The notes under the pieces are model-generated. The model saw only the letters and a program-made list of their open reading frames with translations, made no database searches and had not been told where the DNA came from. The position numbers and the translations under genes are program-made. A stretch of DNA of 57,974 nucleotides, the filler included, from Perkinsus olseni (lineage: Eukaryota), in assembly GCA_013115125.1 (NCBI GenBank). It is 2 parts of 2 records of this genome, joined end to end, with 100 filler letters (N's around TTAATTAATTAA, not from the genome) between each part and the next. Parts side by side here need not be neighbours in the genome. Positions count along the whole stretch, not along the records: positions 1 to 28,973 come from JABANN010000439.1; 1 more part is not named here. One strand, written 5' to 3'. Positions 1 through 10,178 of the stretch are shown piece after piece. The first letter of the stretch is position 1; every line of letters starts with the position of its first letter.

Positions 1-328
1 AACATAAAGACCGAGCATACGTTGATCGTGGGTACGGGGTACTAGCTCGGGACCAATATATAGGTCTACATCTTCACTACGGATGTGATAATTAGTTGAG
101 AAAACAACTAAAGCGGAAAATATTATCAATTGGTCAGTTATCAATTTGACAACTAGTAGCGCTTGAATATCTGGACTAGCTTCATTCGTGCGGAAGATGC
201 TCCAACGGCTCATTGCCCCATCGATCGTCGTCTTCGTTGCGCGGGGTCGAAAAATTCGTCTACTCCCCGAATTTCACTCTCGTCGATCAGCCGTAGTCGA
301 TCACTACCAAGAGGAGACGGTCGTGAGT

Positions 329-381
329 TGCAACTTGCAACGGGTTACATGAAAATTTCATGTAACCCGTTGCAAGTTGCA
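329..381. repeat. Perfect 53-bp palindrome (26-bp arms, 1-nt centre)
   Basis: TGCAACTTGCAACGGGTTACATGAAA (329-354) is the exact reverse complement of 356-381. Confidence 0.95.
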
Positions 382-388
382 TTGACAT

Positions 389-446
389 TTAATGTCCAGG
401 GTTCGAACCTGGGTGGTTAGGACCATTACCATCCGAGCGACTCATT
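389..446 (-). pseudogene. tRNA-like element (A-box and B-box/T-arm, no anticodon arm)
   Basis: Minus strand reads TCGCTCGGATGGTA...CCAGG-TTCGAAC-CCTGG, with partial acceptor pairing TAATG/CATTA. The T-arm region is 20/22 identical to 56771-56792. Confidence 0.5.
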
Positions 447-911
447 ACAGTCTCGGGTCGAGACTGTCTCGTCTCCTCCGAGAATGATGAGCACGATCGT
501 GCGAAAATGAGCACAACCTAGCAGCACTCGTCGCTCTGCTCCGGAGAGTAGGAACAGCCTTCAAGTATTCAAGTCCCTCTTTCGACGCATATCGGGTATT
601 TTATTCGGTACCAGACCGCGTCCTTCAACTGAACGCAATATGGCGGTTGGCACGTATAGTTCACACACATATTAGGTTTTCATCACACCGTTTACATCCT
701 CAATTTTAGTGTAAGTCCTGGACCAGTGTAAAGTTAACGCCATAAGTATATCACACAGTGTGACTGAGTTAGGAGGAATGCTTGAAATATTGACAAGAAG
801 TGGGGGCCAGTAGTGGCATTCTCTACAGACGTGACCCACCGCATGCGATCTCGCAACGCCTGAGAGTCAGTGACCACTGCACGATCTGGCTTGGCAGAAT
901 ATATCTTCATC

Positions 912-985
912 GCCCGATTAGTTCAGCTGGATAGAATGTCTGCCTACGGAGCAGATGGTCGTAGGTTCGAATCCTGCATCGGGTA
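912..985 (+). tRNA. tRNA-Arg(ACG)
   Basis: Cloverleaf: acceptor GCCCGAT/ATCGGGT, anticodon arm TCTGC-CT ACG GA-GCAGA, T arm GTAGG-TTCGAAT-CCTGC. Confidence 0.96.
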
Positions 986-1371
986 TTGCTTATGGTTTGC
1001 AGCACTTCGCCATCAACCCGGTGATTCACATCGCAACCAAGAAGGCTCTGTAGCTGAGATTTGAGGTCCAGACTCGATCTAGGGAAAAGGTTACACGTGA
1101 TTCCGCTCTCCTGATGTCCGATCCCGCATCTGCTTCCGACTCTTCGTAGGCTCCAGAGACGAACAGCCCAGTAGCTCGGCCCTAGTTCGTTATGCTACCT
1201 CAGGCAGTATAGCCAGACAGGCATAGCATACATGGGCTGAGCCATTCTCTACGTCGCGCGGTCAGCCCAGCTACTCCAACAAAACGAGGCTTTAGAATAT
1301 GAAAATTCAGTTAGAAGGACTATGATGTACATCGTCAGTTTATTAAGACAAATACAACCAGAACTGAGCCC

Positions 1372-4228
1372 TCACATTATGAAGGGTGCCTCGCAACGAC
1401 AGAGCGTCATCTCCATCCTATTGCACTGCGAAGGGCAACAAACCCGCCGACCATCCGGACAGACATACATCTTGCTTTGCAGACCTCTCGCCGGAGCTGA
1501 CACGCTTCTCTGCATGTCGTGACCAAGCAGCGGCGTTTCCAACTTGGAATCGACCTCCTCTTCTTCCTCAGCCACTAAAGCCTGTTGATACTGTTTCTTA
1601 TGAAAGAGCGGGAAGCAGCATAGCATCCACTCAGTAGCACTCACGCTCGCATCAGCCATCACCTTATCCTTCACGTGGTTACCGTGCCGAAACAGGAAAA
1701 CACCGGCCAAAATCACGGCCAATGCCACCCATTCTGTAGAGGGGATTCTGGAGGACCCAATTAGGGGCCACGGGACAAGCGACAGTATAGCAGCGAGAGG
1801 GGCGGTAAGTTTCATACAGACAAATGTTAACAACGCTGAGTGCTTCGCCACCAAAGCGTAGACGCTGATGTTGTAAAATATATTCAACGACATATACACC
1901 ACGTACGTGACAGTCGCATACCGACAGGAAGTGAGCTCCGTCGGCCTGTCCGCGACCAGGCAGAAGAAACCGTCCTCCAAACGCTCACCGAATCCAGCCG
2001 GCTGTCGGAGCCATTCAATGACGCTTGAAACAGGAAGGCTCCAGCACAACGAAAAGACGGAAGCTCCCGAGTTGACGACGAAGATGTCGAGACCGTCGCC
2101 GTACTTTGCCGTATAGCGACGGAAGACCATTTCCTTGAGGGTAAAACTCATAGCAGTGCAGGCAGTAGAGAGGCACACTAGAGTAGCCATTGGGATGTTA
2201 GTACTGGATACCCCGCCTTGTGAAAGCTGCATAAACGCCGTAGCTGAGCCCAGTATCACTACGAGGAGGCCGACCAACTCTACTGCAACGTATTTTACAT
2301 GAAGAAGAGTGGCGCTCCACAACGCAGTGAACGGCACCTGACAGCGGCAGACAGTTCCGCAGCCGGCGGAGGTCTCGACACAAGCGGACCGTTAGAGCGC
2401 TGACGAACTCGCCACCACTAACATCTGTATGTGAAATTATCAATCCAGAATTTTCCATTTTATTCGCTCGTTTCATCTCTATCATAGACAACCAGGCGCC
2501 CTTCAATCCTATTTGACGAACGAGGGATTCCTCGGATCGCTAGCGCGATGAAATGATACACAATGCTGCCCTGAGCATACGTTAAACGACAAGACTTGAT
2601 CTCTCTGGCGAGAAGCGGCGTGGAGAAAATATTAGAAGAAAGACCAAGATTTCAAGATTACCAAGGGCAACCATGATAGCTGCCGCTCTGCCTTCCCGTT
2701 TACCTGGGCCTGTAGCATGAGTTGGTATACCATAACACTGACGTATGGTTGGCCGATGAATTGCAGAATTTGGCCCATCACATCACAGAGACCGGCGATG
2801 GCTAAAAGACGCCACTCGCCGCCACGTGACCAGATGAAATTTACCTGAAACACAACAACAGTGACGTGGCTGGTCTCCGGAGGCTGCCACCCTGCTCGAA
2901 GATAACCGGTGAACTACCCTCTTCGACAAACCAGGGCGATGGGAGGCCTCCGGATTCGAATCATCAGTCGGAAAAGCGCAGCGGTAGCGAGATTGGTCGT
3001 CTCCACAGCGCCGTCTTCACCCGAAATTGATCGTCATTCACCAACCCGGTCGAAGGCCCGATTGCCCTTGGCTACTACCTGCTGCTTAGTGATGTAACCC
3101 ATGGTGTATCGATACAGGCAGACCGAAGTGTAGATTACGAAATATACCACAGCATTGGCGATGGCCGTTACGAAGCCCGAGTAAGGCCCCAAGGGCTGAG
3201 CTCGGATCTTACCCGCGACGACATCTGTGGACCTGACGATGGAGAGTTGACGACCGAGGGAGAAGTCGCGAGACGAGTTCTCATCATAGACAGACTGGGC
3301 AGCAGGGATGGTCGAGTAGTTCATTTCAACGGCACTCGATTGAAGCTTCTCTACGTTTTACAATCGCCACGTCTCTCAGGGCAAATGGTTCTCTCACTTC
3401 AAACTTAGAAGTGAGAGTTCCACACCTTAGAAGTTCTTAAGGTACTATGGCCACAAATTACCCGTAGAAGTTCTACCTGGGCGAAAGGCATAGCAGAAGA
3501 TGTCACCTCTGGCACGCGAGGGAGGGGACCGATGGGAAGTGCTACCAGCCACCAAGGATTATCTGTCGTGATTAGCGCTTATAATATCAGTGTTATTCTG
3601 ATCTCGATGGCCGGATATATTTTCACCCAATTTGCCCACGAATCATCTCGGCATCTTAGGTTGAAGACGGCCCACGACATGAAAGCTCAGAAGATCGAGG
3701 TATCCAGAATTCGCTCACACCCATCGGTAAACTTGAACGGGCGTGAGTGCCGTTTTGTCTCTAGTCAGCTGACGAGTTCGCGTCGCCTACCGAGAGACCC
3801 ACAAAGAATTGCAGTCCCCCTTGGACGTGAAGGCCGTGTACTATTCATCTCTCACTTTATTGGTATGATGATCAATACTCCTGCCCGCGAAACTGAGAAG
3901 CTAGACGGACCTAGTATGAAGGCTTGCTACGCTGGAAGAATCAAGCGACTTCTTCGCACGGCCCCGCCGTTATCAAAAAACTTGAATTTTTGGGGGGTTT
4001 TTTCATATGTCTTGGTGCCATTTTCATAGTTCGAAAACCGTCCCCAATGACCTACCCTGTTATTATAACAGCGAGCATGAGTAGCGAGATGACTAGCTGG
4101 TCGTGGCGGTACTTGGCCGCATCTTCCTGCGCCCTCGCTTCGCCCACCGATGGTGGCATCGTAGCGTTACGTTGCAGCGCGGGGGCGGCAAGCGGTGAAC
4201 GATCGTTCTTCAACAATCGATCGGTCAT
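1372..4228 (-). CDS. CRT-like (chloroquine resistance transporter family, DMT superfamily) membrane transporter, 4 exons
   Basis: Phase-consistent GT-AG exons 4228-4056, 3232-3079, 2844-2704 and 2337-1372. Multiple TM helices with CRT-like segments (VVAGKIRAQPLGPYSGF, LKEMVF, LDIFVVNSGASVF, YMSLNIFYN). The start codon is inferred from an upstream CTAAC...CAG acceptor. Confidence 0.8.
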
Positions 4229-4622
4229 TTGGGAATTCACCGGGCAAGACGGAATACTGTAAGATTCTTCTGTTAGTTGAAAATCATCATTCCTATCTAA
4301 AGTATATAGCGGCACTAGGCAGAAGCGACGATACGCTGCTGATAAGCGACAACACAAGGCAAAACCCGAGACGAGACGGAAGCGGCGTTTCGCTCCGCCG
4401 AAAGACGATTTTTCTGAACTACTAGCGGCACCGGACGCCATAATGAATCGTATTCGTTGCTTGGATGCTCGCGATCGGCGGCAACCTGCGCCGTGGTGGA
4501 CGTGGCCGGGTTGCATCGCTCCGCTAAAGCTTTGCCATTTTTCGAATCGATCGACTGATCGATTTGGTAGAGCTTGGATCCCCGGAGTGTTCTCTTCACA
4601 CCAGGGTTTGGTCTTCTCCAAC

Positions 4623-4742
4623 ATGGCTCATAAGTCCAACCCCTATAAGAAGGCCCGCGCGGCCATGCGTTGGAAGTGGAAGAAGAAGCGTACTCGCCGT
4701 CTTCAGCGTAAGCGCCGGAAGATGCGTCAGCGTTCCAAGTAA
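4623..4742 (+). CDS. RPL41: 60S ribosomal protein L41 (eL41), copy 1
   Basis: MAHKSNPYKKARAAMRWKWKKKRTRRLQRKRRKMRQRSK: eL41 core with an alveolate-type N-terminal extension. Confidence 0.95.
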   Translation: MAHKSNPYKKARAAMRWKWKKKRTRRLQRKRRKMRQRSK

Positions 4743-5186
4743 ACTCTCTTCTGAGTTTTCTTGGACGTCCGCTGTTGCTGGAGAGGTTGCTGGATTGCAA
4801 GTGTCTGAAGGTGATATCCATTTCAAATTTTCGCCCCTCGCTTTTTTTATTTTCCTATTTCTCAGGTTGATATTACCATTGTTGATGATAACAGCATTCG
4901 ACTTGTCCAAGGCTGTCGCCGCTACCTTTAACCCCGGTCTCAAGATTTCTCCTTGGTGTGGTGTTGCTAACTGCTGCTCAATTAACTTCGTGATTGCGAG
5001 CATTCTTCCATCCCTACTGTGCAAACGGTGAACGCTGGCATGCCAGTCAGTAGCTGCAGATTGCACTGAAGGGCCACATATCTCGCTAGATCAACTCGGA
5101 GCTCATCCTAGTGGGTTTGGGGTCGTCTCAGTTCGCTGAGCTTATCCTTACTCCCAACCAAGAGCTTCGGAAATTTGCATTGAGAT

Positions 5187-5274
5187 GGTCAAATGATGAT
5201 AAAACACGACGGTCTTATGAACCCACTTGATGGGATCTGATTCCACTTATAACTCAGCTCACTCTGATAAGATC
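5187..5274 (+). ncRNA. Box C/D snoRNA, dual guide for LSU rRNA (U35/snR73-like and U29/snR71-like)
   Basis: C box ATGATGA 5193-5199; guide CACGACGGTCT 5205-5215; D' ATGA 5217-5220; C' TTGATGG 5227-5233; guide AACTCAGCTCAC 5251-5262; D CTGA 5264-5267. Both guides are complementary to the conserved LSU segment GUGAGCUGGGUUUAGACCGUCGUG. Confidence 0.85.
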
Positions 5275-5280
5275 TGTTAA

Positions 5281-5571
5281 CGGCAATTCCGACACTTGAA
5301 GTTGGGCTGCTCCTGTCAGTGACGAACTTCCTTTTTTACATTGCCAAAATGGACTCGTTAGCTCAGCTGTCTGACCGATTTTCGTATTGGTACAGATCGT
5401 TCATTGCGCGATACACCTTGACTGTATGTCGGGTCCACGGCAATTCCGACACTTGAAGTTAACCGCCCTCGTCGGTGATCGGCTTCTATTCTTACATTGC
5501 CAAGATTCACTCGTTAGCTCAGCTGTCTGACCGATTTTTTGTACTGGTACAGATCGTTCATTGCGCGATAC
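5281..5571. repeat. Two-copy tandem duplication, period about 157 bp
   Basis: CGGCAATTCCGACACTTGAAGTT at 5281 and 5438; an ~80-bp block TTACATTGCCAA...GCGCGATACA near 5336-5414 and 5492-5571. Confidence 0.9.
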
Positions 5572-6728
5572 ATTTCTGTTGTGATTATCGATGGCTTTTT
5601 TCATCCCTCGCGTAAAGCGGTGAAATTTAGTAGCTGCAGCGGTGCGTGCTGGGTCCTGCCATCGTAGAGAGAACATGCTGTCCCCTTCTTGGGTTGATCG
5701 TATGCCGGGGCTCTCCACCGAAGCCGAAGTTCACGGTCAGCTTAGCTGGCCTACTTAGCGGGTTTGACTAGCAGCTCTGGACAGCTTTATTGACTACTCG
5801 CTGTCTCGTCTTGAGTGATGACTTTATTGGTAGTCGTGTGCTTACAATAGACAGCGAAGAGTGTATGGTGCTCGGTGTTGCGCTTCCCTTGTGGTAGGTT
5901 TGTTGCTATGATGTGTATCGTACAAGTTCCTGTTTGAGTTTGCAAAGCACACTCTGTGACGAGGCTCCGAGTGCCTCGCTACAATTTCCAACTTTGCTAT
6001 ATGGACGTGTCCCGATTCCTATGCTCGGTGAGTTAACAACACCACCCTCACGGAGTTTCATATTTTGGATACATCTTACTGTTTACTATTAAGAAGCCGA
6101 CTATAGGAATTTACGAAATTAAAGATACCACGTCGCATGGCGTAAAGTTATACCAACGTAAAATTCTCGGGCTGAGGAATAGCCATGACTCCTTGCTTTC
6201 GTTTGAGCAATGATGCGGGCCTAGGCTGCCGATCGGTTTCAAACACGTTTGAATAGCTATTTGATAACAAGGACCATATTACGTAAATAGACACAAGGCT
6301 GACCCTTCACGTATTTAGTCGGAGCTGCACCCTCTGCAGTAACGGTTGAGTATAGGGTGCGAATTTAGTACATGCAGGTGACTTCTCAAACTGTTTCATT
6401 GTTGAACGTATTTGTGTTGTGGAAGTACTCACCTCTGGGCTTGGTGGCGTGGCCGAGCATAACCGGTATTATAGCGCTGACCTCTCAAAGTGGTAGAAGA
6501 GTAATGAGGATGACCTTATGTCACGGTGGAATCTCATTGTCCATCACACGGAACGACGAAACCATGGGTTGAAAGTAAAGCTTCGAAGCCTCTTGAACTT
6601 CTAAAGGACCACCGGGCTGGCTTGGCGACAGTGAGCACACAAAGCTTGCAAAATGCTCGACTGATCGATTTGATAGAGCTTGGATCCCCGGAGTGTTCTC
6701 TTCACACCAGGGTTTGGTCTTCTCCAAC

Positions 6729-6848
6729 ATGGCTCACAAGTCCAACCCCTATAAGAAGGCCCGCGCGGCCATGCGTTGGAAGTGGAAGAAGAAGCGTACT
6801 CGCCGTCTTCAGCGTAAGCGCCGGAAGATGCGTCAGCGTTCCAAGTAA
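6729..6848 (+). CDS. RPL41: 60S ribosomal protein L41 (eL41), copy 2
   Basis: Same 39-aa protein as 4623-4742, with one synonymous CAT/CAC difference; the ~72-nt upstream segment is also nearly identical. Confidence 0.95.
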   Translation: MAHKSNPYKKARAAMRWKWKKKRTRRLQRKRRKMRQRSK

Positions 6849-8182
6849 ACAACAACAGCAGTGAAGGGTAAGCTCTTGATTTCGCCACTCTTGTCTACTA
6901 TCTATAGTGTTGTTTCTGCAGATGCTGTGACGACCAAGGCCTGTGAAGACTGTTCGCCTGAGCCAATTGACGACTTTTGTATGCCGCTTTTGCGGTCATC
7001 ATAATCATCGCTCTTCCCTGCATTAAATATGGACTTTAGTTTGCTGCAGTTGGGAGGGGTGCATTCTCACCGGCCATTCATCGGCCGGTTTACGAATGCT
7101 GGTATTGATGGTGGAGTGACACTCTGACCGTTAAGGAGAGATGCGTTCCAGCCGACAGGTGCGTTCTCGGGCAATGTATCGATCGGATTCGATCGGATTG
7201 GCATCGTTCATATTCGGTGTGTGTGAGTTCATAGTCTAACGTCAGAATCGGCTTAGTTAAGTTCTCGTCGATGTGCTCATCTGATGGCGGCTTTTGCGGT
7301 CGGCATCGGACCGCTTTCTCTACACTTTATTCTGCAGTAGTGGGTTGAATTACCCGATCCTCAGCGGCGTGCAACGATACTCCCGAGGCCGGGACGTGAG
7401 AAGATATGGTGTGGACAGTCGGTCTTCAGTGGATCATGCTCGCAGAGCAACGGGTTACTTTTCACACTAGATCACAATAGGAACATTCTCACCGACCTTG
7501 AGCTGGCCTTTGATGCTGGGATAGGTCGCCCTGAACCCGTTGGGGACGTAGCACTTAGGCCGCGTAGCCTATCTTTCATCCTCACCATCGCTTTCTCGAA
7601 CTCTCCGGTAGGGAGAAAGCTCTTCCTGTTTCTATTACGGATCCTCAACCGGGACCGGCAATTCTTGTTAACGAAGCCGGCAGCTTTCCAAGAGCGACAT
7701 AGCTAGGTGAAGAGTGGATGCTGCCAGGAAAGAATGAGATGGTCTGGTCTGTTCCTTCTGCTCGTTGTGGCAGCGTTCGGGCATGTAATAGCGCGATACA
7801 GAGCTCATCGTTAAGTTGCTAGGCTAGCAATGCTAGCGCATCGGCATCAAGTCCAACTAAGCCGGTGACGACGTTGAACTTTGAACTGACGCACACCATT
7901 CTCCCTACACTGCTCAGCCGCGAGGGTTTGCCTTTCTTACAATAACAAGGGAAGGAAATCTTCGGGGAGGTCGAGGGATGCACCTCCCTCAGCAACTCAG
8001 AACAAAACACGCTCGAAGCTTGAGGAGAATCTTCTACTCGCCGCCGGGATGATCGGCAGCCTTCGAAAAAAGAATCAAAAAAGGGCAATAAAATCTTGTC
8101 GACGCCCAAGAGTTGCTCTGTTGCTATGATCGATTTCATTAGTGGCCGCTGGCTGAGGCCAGCAGCAAACCAGGAGGATCTC

Positions 8183-8872
8183 CTACGAGTGGGGGTCACT
8201 CGGGAGTGTGAAGGGTGGTACTTCAAGACGGCCGCCGTACTCCACCGCTCCTGGAACGTGGTACCCAAGCGTGTGGATGTCCAGGAAGAGACGTTGAGCA
8301 GAGACGTTGTGGCCGGTGGGATCCACGACGATCGTTGATGTTAAATACACGGGTAAAGAGTAGAGCTTCTCGCTCAGTGGCTCCACTGCTGCTCATGCCG
8401 CGATAAGATCCAATACACCAATGCATGTAGCCGAGCGATTTAAGAAACGAGGCTCAGCTTCATCAAGACAAACGAATGAGTTGCCCTGAAGCATCGTCAT
8501 CTCCGTCCACATTCTGTTGCGGATTTTTAAGTCTATCGTCCCTCGTGCGCAGTACTGCACATGACGCTCCAATGTAACCATACCACACCAAACGTATTTC
8601 TCCAGAGTAAGCTTCTCCACCGATATGTGAAGGACCGAAGGAAGGTTGTACGAGATTCTTAAGAGAGTGCCGATGTACCACATACAGCAAGCCAATGCTA
8701 GTCCGGAAAGGAGAGTCCACGTGGCTAAATAATACCAGGGCGTCTTCCCGCCGCTCGCCATTTTGCCGTCTCGCCATAGCTCCCGTGGTGGCTTGTGTGG
8801 CTCCGGCCTGGACCAGCGAAGAAAGCCAGAAGGGGTATCGAGAGGGTCGTATGCGGCGATGAAAGTTTCCAT
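8183..8872 (-). pseudogene. Membrane-anchored family member 1 (possible LEA_2/WHy-like), interrupted by an in-frame TGA
   Basis: Motifs DTPSGFLRWS, a TM helix, EKLTLEKYVWCGMV and NRMWTE are shared with three paralogs. TGA at 8395-8393 is followed in the same frame by family-homologous sequence (VEPLSEKL...LGY). Confidence 0.65.
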
Positions 8873-9500
8873 ATCTCGGCCGGTGGAAGCGCCAGGCGCA
8901 GAGCGGAAATCTCGTGACGTGACGTGCCACCCGTGACACCCCAGCCGTCACATTTTGCCTCGGAGGGACTGCCGTGTTTTCGAGAATCGCCCAGTCTCAT
9001 AGCGAAACCCTCGCCCGAGAACGGTCTACGGCCTCGCTTTGGCGTTTGGTGTCCCTCGGAGGAAAACCTCTTGACGAAGTTTCTGATTGCGTCACATATC
9101 AACACTAGAGAGAGTTTCCAACTTCGCGCGTCGGAAAGAGTCTAAGCCGGAATCAGCGTTGGACTATCAACTCACGTACACAAACTCGCTCATGTGTTTG
9201 ACACACGCCCCAACGCTAGGGTGAGGTTGATGGTGATGATCAGTGATCACCGCGACCACTACGGGGTAGCCTCGAACAGGATGAGGGTCGATCCTTTAGT
9301 CCGGGATTAATAGCCCCATTCATCAACTTTAAACAAAACACACACAGAGAGCATAAGAATTCCGCTAAGAGCCTTCAAAGGCATTCTAATGAAAAAGAAG
9401 AGACCGTGGCCAGCCGACACCAAAAGACCGACAACAGGCTGCTAGCCCTGAACTGTTAGCCCGGCCTTGTCTGTAGCCGTTGACTGGGGAGTCTGTCACT

Positions 9501-10178
9501 TTAGTGGGGCTCCTGTGGTAGGGGGGCTCCCGAGAGGAACGAACTTGAGAGAGTTGAGTGTGGTCCTTGAAAATGGTCGTAATCCTTCGTGTATTCGAAA
9601 GAGTAGCCGAGAGCATATACTTCGAGCAAGGTGTTAGTGAGCGTGACATTGAGGCCCAGGGGAGCTTTCAGGGCTGTCCACGTCAGCAACATCGGCACAG
9701 TGTGCAGGCCCTCGCTCACGGGTCCCAAAAGTATATCCTCGCTGAGCGTTACTTCCAAGACGTCAAGCTCGAGAGAGTCTGTCTCCATGAACCATAAGAC
9801 CGACTCGTCGTTGCTCAGGATTGCCACCTCTGTCCATAGTCTGTTGCGAGTCTTCAGCACCACTGACCCTTGTGCACAGTACTGCAGCTGAGACGCCAAA
9901 CTAACCATACCACACCAAACGTATCGTTCCAGGGTGAGGTTCTCAACCGATACTTGAAGTACCGAAGGGAGATTATATGAAAGAGTTAAGAGAGTGCCGA
10001 TGTACGAAAGTCCGCTAGCCACTGTTAGCGCGGACAGCAGGGCCCATACGGCCAGACGAAACCGAGACCTCTTCGCGTCGAGTGCCTCTTTGAGAACTCG
10101 CCGCAGGTCCCTCCGAGGCTTGCCTGCCACCGGCTTCGACCATCGGAGGAACCCAGAAGGGGTATCGAGAGGGTCGTG
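9501..10178 (-). CDS. Membrane-anchored family member 2 (no in-frame ATG ahead of the conserved N-terminus)
   Basis: DPLDTPSGFLRWS...ENLTLERYVWCGMV...NRLWTE...LEVYALGY; intronless; in-frame TGA immediately upstream. Confidence 0.6.
   Translation of the reverse strand, partial: HDPLDTPSGFLRWSKPVAGKPRRDLRRVLKEALDAKRSRFRLAVWALLSALTVASGLSYIGTLLTLSYNLPSVLQVSVENLTLERYVWCGMVSLASQLQYCAQGSVVLKTRNRLWTEVAILSNDESVLWFMETDSLELDVLEVTLSEDILLGPVSEGLHTVPMLLTWTALKAPLGLNVTLTNTLLEVYALGYSFEYTKDYDHFQGPHSTLSSSFLSGAPLPQEPH

Noticed and set aside
4443-4622. N-terminally extended RPL41 from the ORF track (99 aa)
   Set aside because: Copy 2 does not keep this frame open to a matching start; a CAG acceptor just upstream of ATG 4623 fits trans-splicing.
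5815-5821. Additional box C motifs (also near 484, 4882 and 9233) as a snoRNA cluster
   Set aside because: No properly spaced D box or recognisable rRNA-complementary guide.
8393-8395. In-frame TGA as selenocysteine or an altered genetic code
   Set aside because: Paralogs have no Cys or Trp at this position, no SECIS was recognised, and TGA is an ordinary stop in other genes here (e.g. 50254-50256, 11703-11705).
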